Positions 36,085-43,727 of a stretch of 62,267 bases of DNA are shown in pieces. Numbering within the stretch: position 1 is the first letter of the stretch; the number at the start of each line of letters is the position of its first letter. Origin of the DNA: Candidatus Omnitrophota bacterium (lineage in GTDB: Bacteria > Omnitrophota > Gorgyraeia > JABMRG01 > JAFGKX01); NCBI GenBank assembly GCA_043797125.1, contig JAZDPX010000042.1:1-62267 (forward strand). Reading direction: 5' to 3'. Made by a program: the position numbers and the translations under genes. The notes under the pieces were generated by a model. That model had not been told where the DNA came from. It worked only from the letters and a program-made list of their open reading frames with translations, and made no database searches.

Positions 36085-37920
36085 ATGCCCTACAACAAAG
36101 AAGAGCGAAGGAAATACATAAGGCTAAACTCCTGCTTTCCGGTAGAGTTTAGCCTTATATTTTCCGGCATAAAGGCCTCGGATAAAAAATATCAGGCCTT
36201 TACGCGCGACGTTTCAAAAGGCGGGCTCTGCATAAAGGTAAAAGGTTTAACCGGCCAGGATTTAGAGGCATTGGTTTCCAAGCGGGTGAGGCTTGAGGTT
36301 AGTATAGACATGCTGTCCCCGCTATTCAAGCAGCCTGTATGCGCCTTCTGCAGCGTAGCGTGGATAGAGCCAATGGAACAATCTTCCGCGGAAGGCTTAT
36401 ATAGCATAGGCATTTCATATGAAAAGATATACCCCCGCGATAAAAGTAAAATATTTAATTATGCCATTAGGCTTAAGTGGGCCCCCCGCATAACAGCGGC
36501 TATAGTTATACTGCTTTCAGGAGCGCTTTTATTCGCTCATTTTAATCAGATTAACATGAGCCGGCAAAACAGACGCCTGGTTGCGCGGTTAGTTGAAACT
36601 TCAGAAAAAAGTAATAATGTGTATAAGAGGCTAAACGCCTTGGCTCAGGAAAAACTGCTCCTTCAGAAAAAATTAGCGCAAGCGCAGGATACGGTTGAAA
36701 ATTCCCAGCTGCAAACCCAGATACAATCCGTCGTTAAAGGCGAAGAGCTGCTGCAAAAAGAGTTAACGGATATAGGGTTTGAGAGCGCGGCTTTGCAGTT
36801 TGCAACAACGCAGAAAATGCTGGATTGGGTTTGCACGCACCAGAACCGCCGCAGCGGCCTGGTAATGAGTTACGAAGGGGATAAGGCTTTTTTAGACTGG
36901 TCGTTTACATATGACCAGGCCTTAGCCGCGCAGGTGTTTATGCTGTCAGGCGACATAAAAAAGGCCGCAAGCATACTTGATTTTTACAAAAACAAAGCCA
37001 AAAAGGAAAACGCCCTTTTTTACAACGCATACGATTGCCAAAGCGGCAAGCCAGTTGAAACGACCGTGCATAGCGGCCCAAATTTATGGATAGCAATTGC
37101 AGCGTGTAAATTTTTAAAATACGCAAATGACGCTTCGTATTTAGGCCTTGCGCGGGATATCGCCGATAAGATGATTGCGATGCAAAAGGCCTCCGATGAC
37201 GCAAGCATAAAAGGAGGGCCTAAAGTTGGTTGGGTTTCGACAGAGCATAATATGGATGCATATGCTTTGTTTAATATGTTATATGAATTGACGAAAGAAG
37301 AAAAATATAAAACAGCCAGAGACGCAGCGCTTGGCTGGCTTAAACAAAGCGCATATAACAGGCCGCAGGGCCGTTTTAACCGGGGAAAAGGCGATGCCAC
37401 GATTGCAACCGACACATTTTCCTGGGCAATAGCCTCTGTCGGCCCGCAGGCGCTTAAGGAAAACGGCATGGATCCAGACGCGATAATGGAATTCGCCCAG
37501 AAGGAATGCAAGGTGCAGGCTCAATTTTACCGCCCTGATGAAAAGTGCGTCGATGTCGTTGGATTTGATTTTGCAAAACCTGCCAACATAGGCAGAGGCG
37601 GGATAGTCTCATGCGAATGGACCGCACAGATGATAGTAGCCTATAAAATAATGGCAAACTACCACCAGTCCCGGGGTAATAGAGAAAGAGCAGCCGAATA
37701 CGCTAAAGAAGCGAAGTATTATTTGATGGAACTTGATAAAATGGTTATATCAAGCCCATCGCCGAGCGGCCAGGGGGAAGGCTGCCTTCCTTATGCCTCT
37801 ATAGATAATGTGGATACCGGGCATGGCTGGCGCGTTGCAAAAGGAGGAAATACGGGTTCTGTAGCTGCCACCATATATTATATATTCGCCCAGCGCGGCT
37901 ATAACCCGTTAAAACTATAA
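36085..37920 (+). CDS. PilZ domain - TM - coiled coil - (alpha/alpha)-toroid-like domain protein
   Basis: The PilZ c-di-GMP motifs are 'RRKYIR' (RRxxxR) and 'DVSKGG' (D/NxSxxG). There is one TM span, 'ITAAIVILLSGALLFAHF'. The C-terminal 'FTYDQALAAQVFML...STEHNMDAYALFNMLYELT' is homologous to the central domain of 47454-50084. Confidence 0.75.
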   Translation: MPYNKEERRKYIRLNSCFPVEFSLIFSGIKASDKKYQAFTRDVSKGGLCIKVKGLTGQDLEALVSKRVRLEVSIDMLSPLFKQPVCAFCSVAWIEPMEQSSAEGLYSIGISYEKIYPRDKSKIFNYAIRLKWAPRITAAIVILLSGALLFAHFNQINMSRQNRRLVARLVETSEKSNNVYKRLNALAQEKLLLQKKLAQAQDTVENSQLQTQIQSVVKGEELLQKELTDIGFESAALQFATTQKMLDWVCTHQNRRSGLVMSYEGDKAFLDWSFTYDQALAAQVFMLSGDIKKAASILDFYKNKAKKENALFYNAYDCQSGKPVETTVHSGPNLWIAIAACKFLKYANDASYLGLARDIADKMIAMQKASDDASIKGGPKVGWVSTEHNMDAYALFNMLYELTKEEKYKTARDAALGWLKQSAYNRPQGRFNRGKGDATIATDTFSWAIASVGPQALKENGMDPDAIMEFAQKECKVQAQFYRPDEKCVDVVGFDFAKPANIGRGGIVSCEWTAQMIVAYKIMANYHQSRGNRERAAEYAKEAKYYLMELDKMVISSPSPSGQGEGCLPYASIDNVDTGHGWRVAKGGNTGSVAATIYYIFAQRGYNPLKL

Positions 37921-40900
37921 TGAAAAAAGAAAAATATTATATTAATGACAACGGAGAATTTGTAATAGAAAACTTTAATCTGGCAAAGCCATTTGCCTCA
38001 TTTTTTCCTGGAATTGCAGGTGTCTGGGGCAAACCATTATGGGTGTTTTATGTTAACCGCGGCCAGGCGATAGCCACTTTTGGCACAAAGGATAAAGAAA
38101 ACCCCATTCTGGAATTTTACCCCGCCAACAAGGCCTATTATTTAACCGCCACGCACGGCTTTCGCACACTTATAAAGGCGCATTCTAACGCTAAGGCCCG
38201 ATTTTATGACGCGTTTTGCGATAACGCCGGCTCATCCGAGTACGCGATTGAGAACAGGATTGTCATTAGCCCGCATGAGTTGAAGTTGGCCGAGATAAAC
38301 CGTACCTTGGGTATCGAAGTGGGGATTGAATATTTTACTATCCCCAACGACGATTACGCCGCCCTGGCAAGAAAGGTATCCATAAAAAACACCTCGGGAA
38401 AAAATATCAAACTCGAATTATTGGACGGCCTGCCGCAGATTATGCCGTACGGGATGAATAACTTTTTTATCAAACAAATGTCCCGCACGATAGAGGCCTG
38501 GATGGAAGTCGAGAACCTCGATAAAAAATGCGCGTTTTTACGCCTGCGCACGGACGCGGCGGATGTATCAGAGGTGGTTTATATAAAAAAGGGGAATTTT
38601 TATCTTGCGTTCGATGAAAAAGGCCTGATAAGGCCCATCGTGGATCCGGCGACTGTTTTCGGCGAGGCCGGGAATTTCGGATATCCGCGCCCGTTTCTCG
38701 AGAATAGGGACTTTTCCTATCCTGATAACCAGCTGAGCCAGAACAAAACCCCGTGCTGCTTCGCGCTTGTAAAAAGAACCTTGAGGCCCAACGAAGAATA
38801 TGCCGTCTATTCCTTGATCGGCAACATGGACAGCCTTGATAAACTCAATAAAAATACAAAGCGCATAGCCCAAAGCTCGTATTTTATCAAAAAGCAGAAA
38901 GAAAACGCCGAGCTGATAAACACCCTGACGCAAGGCGCGTTTACGCATTCTTCGTCTGTAAATTTCGACATCTATTGCAGGCAGAATTTCCTGGATAACC
39001 TGATGCGGGGCGGTTATCCCGTAAATATCGCAGGAACTTGCCTGCATCTTTTCTCGCGCAAGCACGGGGACCTTGAGCGCGATTACAATAATTTTTCACT
39101 TGAGCCCGCCTGTCTTTCGCAGGGTAACGGAAGCTACCGCGACGTAAATCAGAACAGAAGAAACGACGTATTTTTCGAGCCGAAAATCGGCGAAGAAAAC
39201 ATACTTACGTTTTTTAACCTTATCCAGGCAGACGGATACAACCCCTTAGTGATAAAACCCGACACATTTATTTTTAAAGGCAGCGCGGCAATGCTGCGCA
39301 GGTACTTTGCCCAAAAAGATACGCCGGCGGTAAAGAAATTTTTTGATAAACCCTTTACCCCGGGAGAATTGTTTTTATTCCTGGATCAGGCTGCGATAAA
39401 ATTAAAGGCGGATAGAGAAGAATTCCTGCAAGCTCTTTTTGCTTATTGCGAGCGATGCGCGCAGGCCGAGCAGCCGGATTGGGAGGGTTTCTGGATTGAC
39501 CACTGGCATTATTGCCTTGACCTGCTTGAGAGTTACCTGAAGGTGTACCCTGAAAATTCAAAAGAAATTCTTATCGGGAAAAAAGATTTTACATTTTTCG
39601 ATAACAGCAAAATCATCAGGCCGCGCCGCGAAAGATACCTGCTGAAAAAAGGCAGGGTATATCAGTATAACAGCACCGTAAAAATCGAAGAAAAAGACCG
39701 GGCCAACCGCAAGCCTGTTTACAAAACCACGCTTATCGCGAAGATGCTTACGGTTATCGCGAATAAATTCGCCAGCCTCGACGCCTTCGGCGTAGGCGTC
39801 GAGATGGAGGCCGATAAACCAAGCTGGGCGGATTCTTTAAACGGGCTGCCCGGGCTGATAGGTTCATCCACCAGCGAGACTTTCGAGCTGAAACGATGGA
39901 TTTTATTTGTAAAGGAAAAATTGGGCAAGATGGGCCTTCCCGCAAGCAGCGGGTTTGACCTGCCGGCGCAGACCTGTGCCTTTTTAATCGCGCTTGAAAA
40001 AATCTGCGAAACCAAAAAGAACCCCTTTTTATTCTGGGACGCGGCCAACGCCGTTAAGGAAGAATACCGCAAAAAGGTGTTAATGGGCTTTAGCGGCGAA
40101 GAAAGGCACATACAGCTAAATACCCTAAACCATATTTTTGAGCTCTTCCTCGCGAAAATAGACCAAGGCCTTAAAAAGGCGTACAACAAACAAAACGGCT
40201 TACCCCATCCCTATTTTATCAACGAGATTTCTAAGTATAAAATCGCGAAAAATAACCAGATTACGGCTCTTGAATTCAGGCATAGCCCTTTACCTTTATT
40301 TTTGGAAAGCATTATGCACAGCTTGCGAATCGCGAGCGACAGGCGGCAGGCAAAAAAGATTTATAATTCCGTGAGAAAATCCGAACTCTTCGACAGAAAA
40401 TTGAAGATGTATAAATTGTGCGCCTCGCTGAAAAAGATGCCGCTGGAGATAGGCCGCAGCAGGGTATTTACCCCGGGATGGCTGGAAAACGAATCCATAT
40501 GGCTTCACATGGAATATAAATATTTGTTGGAGGTTTTAAAAAACGGCTTATATGAGGAATTTTACAGAGATTTTAAGTGCGCGCTTGTGCCGTTCCAGAA
40601 GCCGCAGCGTTACGGAAGAAGCATTTTTGAGAATTCGTCTTTCATTGTATCAAGCGCGTTTCCGCAAAAGGCCCTGCATGGAAACGGTTTTGTCGCGCGC
40701 CTAAGCGGCGTAACAGCGGAATTCATTAACATCTGGCTCATTATGTGCCTGGGAAACAACCCGTTTTATATCGCAGACGACGGCAAACTGCGTTTTGAGC
40801 CGAAACCTGTTTTGCCGGGGTGGCTGTTTACGACGAAAAAAGAAAAAGGCTTTGAAAAAAATACGTTTGCGTTTAAGTTTCTGAGCAAAACTTTGATTGT

Positions 40901-41075
40901 TTATCAAAACCCCTCAAGAAAAGACACCTTCGCGGGCTCCGGCGCCTGCATAAAAAAGATAACAGTCACTCCGACAAAAGGCGAGCGCGTTTTCCTAAGC
41001 ACCGCCTATATTCCGGAGCCCTATTCAGGGGATATCCGTGAAGGAAAAATCAAGCGAATTGACATAGCTTTATAA
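37920..41075 (+). CDS. Large cytoplasmic GH94-related glycoside phosphorylase-like protein (family unassigned; candidates GH94 SOGP-type, GH149, GH161)
   Basis: It is 1,051 aa with no signal peptide. Its start overlaps the previous stop (TAATG). The motif order 'GNGSYRDVNQN...IQADGYNP...SWADSLNG' parallels 'GRGYRDSCQD...IRRDGTSA...HADWNDA' of the neighbouring GH94 protein. Confidence 0.45.
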   Translation: MKKEKYYINDNGEFVIENFNLAKPFASFFPGIAGVWGKPLWVFYVNRGQAIATFGTKDKENPILEFYPANKAYYLTATHGFRTLIKAHSNAKARFYDAFCDNAGSSEYAIENRIVISPHELKLAEINRTLGIEVGIEYFTIPNDDYAALARKVSIKNTSGKNIKLELLDGLPQIMPYGMNNFFIKQMSRTIEAWMEVENLDKKCAFLRLRTDAADVSEVVYIKKGNFYLAFDEKGLIRPIVDPATVFGEAGNFGYPRPFLENRDFSYPDNQLSQNKTPCCFALVKRTLRPNEEYAVYSLIGNMDSLDKLNKNTKRIAQSSYFIKKQKENAELINTLTQGAFTHSSSVNFDIYCRQNFLDNLMRGGYPVNIAGTCLHLFSRKHGDLERDYNNFSLEPACLSQGNGSYRDVNQNRRNDVFFEPKIGEENILTFFNLIQADGYNPLVIKPDTFIFKGSAAMLRRYFAQKDTPAVKKFFDKPFTPGELFLFLDQAAIKLKADREEFLQALFAYCERCAQAEQPDWEGFWIDHWHYCLDLLESYLKVYPENSKEILIGKKDFTFFDNSKIIRPRRERYLLKKGRVYQYNSTVKIEEKDRANRKPVYKTTLIAKMLTVIANKFASLDAFGVGVEMEADKPSWADSLNGLPGLIGSSTSETFELKRWILFVKEKLGKMGLPASSGFDLPAQTCAFLIALEKICETKKNPFLFWDAANAVKEEYRKKVLMGFSGEERHIQLNTLNHIFELFLAKIDQGLKKAYNKQNGLPHPYFINEISKYKIAKNNQITALEFRHSPLPLFLESIMHSLRIASDRRQAKKIYNSVRKSELFDRKLKMYKLCASLKKMPLEIGRSRVFTPGWLENESIWLHMEYKYLLEVLKNGLYEEFYRDFKCALVPFQKPQRYGRSIFENSSFIVSSAFPQKALHGNGFVARLSGVTAEFINIWLIMCLGNNPFYIADDGKLRFEPKPVLPGWLFTTKKEKGFEKNTFAFKFLSKTLIVYQNPSRKDTFAGSGACIKKITVTPTKGERVFLSTAYIPEPYSGDIREGKIKRIDIAL

Positions 41076-41084
41076 TAAATAATA

Positions 41085-41113
41085 TTGCGCGCGTTGAATT
41101 TGTTTGTTATAAT
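41085..41113 (+). promoter_or_regulatory. Sigma70-like promoter candidate TTGCGC-17-(TGt)TATAAT
   Basis: It was counted from the sequence in the 184-nt spacer upstream of the GPH transporter gene. Confidence 0.45.
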
Positions 41114-41143
41114 ACATACTTCAAATTTATTTTAAGCAAAACA

Positions 41144-41238
41144 GTAATAGTTCAGCTATTGGAAGATTTCCCGACGTAGCGGAGGCTTAAGCCTCCGCTA
41201 CGTCCGAGTCGAGATGCTTACAATGGCTGAGCTATTAC
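41144..41238 (+). ncRNA. Structured 5' leader: 18-bp outer helix enclosing the palindrome
   Basis: GTAATAGTTCAGCTATTG (41144-41161) pairs with CAATGGCTGAGCTATTAC (41221-41238). Of the 18 positions, 16 are Watson-Crick pairs and 2 are G.U pairs that work only for a + strand RNA. The helix encloses the palindrome at 41173-41204 and ends 8 nt before the AAGGAGG RBS (41247-41253). Confidence 0.45.
41173..41204. repeat. Perfect 32-nt palindrome, variant b (GACGTAGCGGAGGC-TTAA-GCCTCCGCTACGTC)
   Basis: Read directly. Relative to variant a it has a C->G change in the left arm that is compensated in the right arm. Confidence 0.9.
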
Positions 41239-41259
41239 AAACACTTAAGGAGGTAATCA

Positions 41260-42699
41260 ATGGGGCAATCAGCCGAACACCCTGTCCACCATGTGACGGC
41301 GCAAAAGGACCGCATTCCTTTTTTTCAAAAGTTCGCGTATAGCATAGGATCACTCGTTAATCAATTTCAGGCAGCTGCTATCGGCGGGTTGGTTATTGTT
41401 TTAAACCTCGGGTTAGGGATGAGCCCGGCATTAGTAGGCATAATAGGAGCTATTCCTCGCCTTATAGACGCCTTTTCAGATCCTCTTATCGGTTACAGCT
41501 CGGACAACACCCGCACCAGATATGGCCGCCGCAGGCCCTGGATACTCTTTGGCGCTATCTCTTCGGGAATTTTATTCGCGCTTATGTTTCAGCTCTATAA
41601 GGGGCACACAGAAAGTTTCTACTTTTGGTATTTTTTAATTATCCAGTGTTTTTTTGTCGTAGCATTTGCCTGTTACTCTATTCCGTGGATAGCCATGGGA
41701 TACGAAATGACGCCCGATTATCACGAGCGCACACGCCTGCAGGGATTCAGTAACTTTTGCGCTCAAATTGCGTGGCTTGTAGCTCCCTGGTTCTTTAAGA
41801 TAATGAACGATAAGACAATGTTTACGGACATTGTTCACGGGGCGCGGTCCTTAGCCGTTATCGTCGGGGTATTTATCGTGACCGGTGGTATTCTGCCGGC
41901 TATTTTCAATAAAGAACATTTTGGCAACCTGCCTCGGCCCGAACAGAAGAAAGGGTATTCGAATGTCATAAAAGACCTCTTTTATAATCTTGCGACTTCT
42001 TTTAAGTGCCTTCCTTTTGTTAAGCTTATCGCGGTGACGTTCTTAATCTTTAACGGATTTATGCTCGCCAGCGCTTTCACGCTTTATGTTATTGTTTACT
42101 ATGTCTATAGCGGAGATTGGGGGAAAGGGGGCACATTGCTTGGCTGGTTCGGAACCCTTAGTTCGGTTTGCACGTTATGCGCTATTTCCCTGACCACGTG
42201 GGTTTCGACAAAGATAGGAAAACGAAAAACCTTTTTAATCACCATGTCCATTGCTATTATAGGTTACGCTTTGAAGTGGGTGGGATATAACCCCAGCCGC
42301 CCTTATTTATTATTGGTCGCTGCCCCGTTTTTGGCGTTTCATCTCGGTGCGCTATTCACCATTGTCCCCTCCATGGTTGCCGATGTTTGCGACCTTGACG
42401 AACTTCAGACCGGCAAACGCAGAGAAGGGATGTTTAGCGGGATTTACTGGTGGATACAAAAACTCGGGCAGGCCGGGGCATCAATTCTCTCCGGGCTCCT
42501 GCTTGTCTGGACAGGCTTCAATGTCGCGTTAGGCGCCGGCCAGAAAGCGAGCTCTTTATTTTATATGAGGGTCTGCGATGTCGGCATTCCGATTGCAACC
42601 TCCTTAGTGGCTCTTTTTATTATTATGACCTTTGATATCTCGGAAGCCAAGGCATATGATATCCGCAAGCAGCTGGAAGAAAGGCGAGGCAAGGTGTAG
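41260..42699 (+). CDS. GPH-family (glycoside-pentoside-hexuronide:cation symporter, MelB-like) MFS transporter
   Basis: It has about 12 hydrophobic spans and the GPH signature 'DAFSDPLIGYSSDNTRTRYGRRRPW'. A strong RBS precedes it. Confidence 0.8.
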   Translation: MGQSAEHPVHHVTAQKDRIPFFQKFAYSIGSLVNQFQAAAIGGLVIVLNLGLGMSPALVGIIGAIPRLIDAFSDPLIGYSSDNTRTRYGRRRPWILFGAISSGILFALMFQLYKGHTESFYFWYFLIIQCFFVVAFACYSIPWIAMGYEMTPDYHERTRLQGFSNFCAQIAWLVAPWFFKIMNDKTMFTDIVHGARSLAVIVGVFIVTGGILPAIFNKEHFGNLPRPEQKKGYSNVIKDLFYNLATSFKCLPFVKLIAVTFLIFNGFMLASAFTLYVIVYYVYSGDWGKGGTLLGWFGTLSSVCTLCAISLTTWVSTKIGKRKTFLITMSIAIIGYALKWVGYNPSRPYLLLVAAPFLAFHLGALFTIVPSMVADVCDLDELQTGKRREGMFSGIYWWIQKLGQAGASILSGLLLVWTGFNVALGAGQKASSLFYMRVCDVGIPIATSLVALFIIMTFDISEAKAYDIRKQLEERRGKV

Positions 42700-42702
42700 T
42701 AA

Positions 42703-43638
42703 GTGACAAAACAGCAGAAAAACATAAATTCAAAACCAATTATCATATTTCCATACTTTGGGTATGAGCATAATGAAAAGTGCGAGTGGTATTTTTGGTG
42801 GACGGTTGACAGGTGCAAGAAGATTGATCCCAGGCCTATTGTCATGCTGTCCAGGGATACTGCCATACGGCAGGATGCCGCTTCCTTTTTAGACGATAAA
42901 AGGAGCAAGGCCCTTGAGGTTGTGCAAACCTGGTCCGTTGATACATGTCAGACGTGGCTCGCCGGCTGGGGCCATGTGCTGGATAATTACCCCAAAGCCG
43001 AAAGAATTGTGCAAATGCCGGGCGACATAGATTATGTTAACAGGGATGTCGAATTTTACGACAATCTTGGAGGTTTTATTGAAACAGCAAGTTCGGATAT
43101 CGCTATAGGAGATTTCGGAACAGGGGACAAATACAGCGCAAAAAGCCTGGTGGATACTTACGGTTCATACCCGCTTTTGGCAAACTGGTTTCCTGAAATC
43201 TCGCAGGCAACAAGGTCTTTGCCTCTTCATAGGCCCAGATCCGAGTTTCTTAACATTAAGACAGCTGTCTTGCGCGATTTTTTGATAAATAACAGAAATT
43301 TTGCTTACGAACAGACTTTAAACTTTCTTATTAAGTCCTGGAGCTATGACGAGGCCAAATGGAGATACAATATATCCACGCATCCTTTAGGAAGATTTTC
43401 TGACAGCAGCACATTCAGGGATTACGGCGGGTGCATTGACCAGATAGAGAGAATAGAAAGAGTGCTTTCTTTGTTGTGGCGGGAGATAAGAGAGCCGAAA
43501 AAGAACGACGCCGCAGGCGACAGCAAGTTTGAAGAGCAATATACCGCCTTCAGCAACGAATATGATAATTTGCGCACTAAATCAAAAGGGATTATGGAAG
43601 CTGCCAGAACTACTTTAAGAGCCCTCCTGGGTGTATAA
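42703..43638 (+). CDS. Cytoplasmic hypothetical protein (possible GT-A-like fold; unassigned)
   Basis: A GTG start lies 4 nt after the previous stop, and the protein is 311 aa. 'IIIFPYFGYE' and 'QMPGDIDYV' are faintly reminiscent of the GT-A N-terminal strand and the DxD motif. There is no confident family call. Confidence 0.5.
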   Translation: MTKQQKNINSKPIIIFPYFGYEHNEKCEWYFWWTVDRCKKIDPRPIVMLSRDTAIRQDAASFLDDKRSKALEVVQTWSVDTCQTWLAGWGHVLDNYPKAERIVQMPGDIDYVNRDVEFYDNLGGFIETASSDIAIGDFGTGDKYSAKSLVDTYGSYPLLANWFPEISQATRSLPLHRPRSEFLNIKTAVLRDFLINNRNFAYEQTLNFLIKSWSYDEAKWRYNISTHPLGRFSDSSTFRDYGGCIDQIERIERVLSLLWREIREPKKNDAAGDSKFEEQYTAFSNEYDNLRTKSKGIMEAARTTLRALLGV

Positions 43639-43644
43639 ATCTAA

Positions 43645-43678
43645 CATTGTAGCGCAGGCTTAAGCCTGCGCTACAATG
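43645..43678. repeat. Perfect 34-nt palindrome, variant c (CATTGTAGCGCAGGC-TTAA-GCCTGCGCTACAATG)
   Basis: It begins 7 nt after the stop at 43638. Confidence 0.9.
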
Positions 43679-43727
43679 CCTAATGGCAGGCAGGCCTGCT
43701 CTATTGTTAAAAAAAGGAAACAGAACG

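Noticed and set aside
43683-43727. Longer N-terminus (MAGRPALLLKKGNRT) for the GH94 gene, and likewise 33513 for the hydrolase and 46511 for the secreted protein
   Set aside because: The extensions have no RBS and either abut or overlap repeat elements or the previous gene. The downstream ATGs give canonical family N-termini or signal peptides and have purine-rich RBSs.
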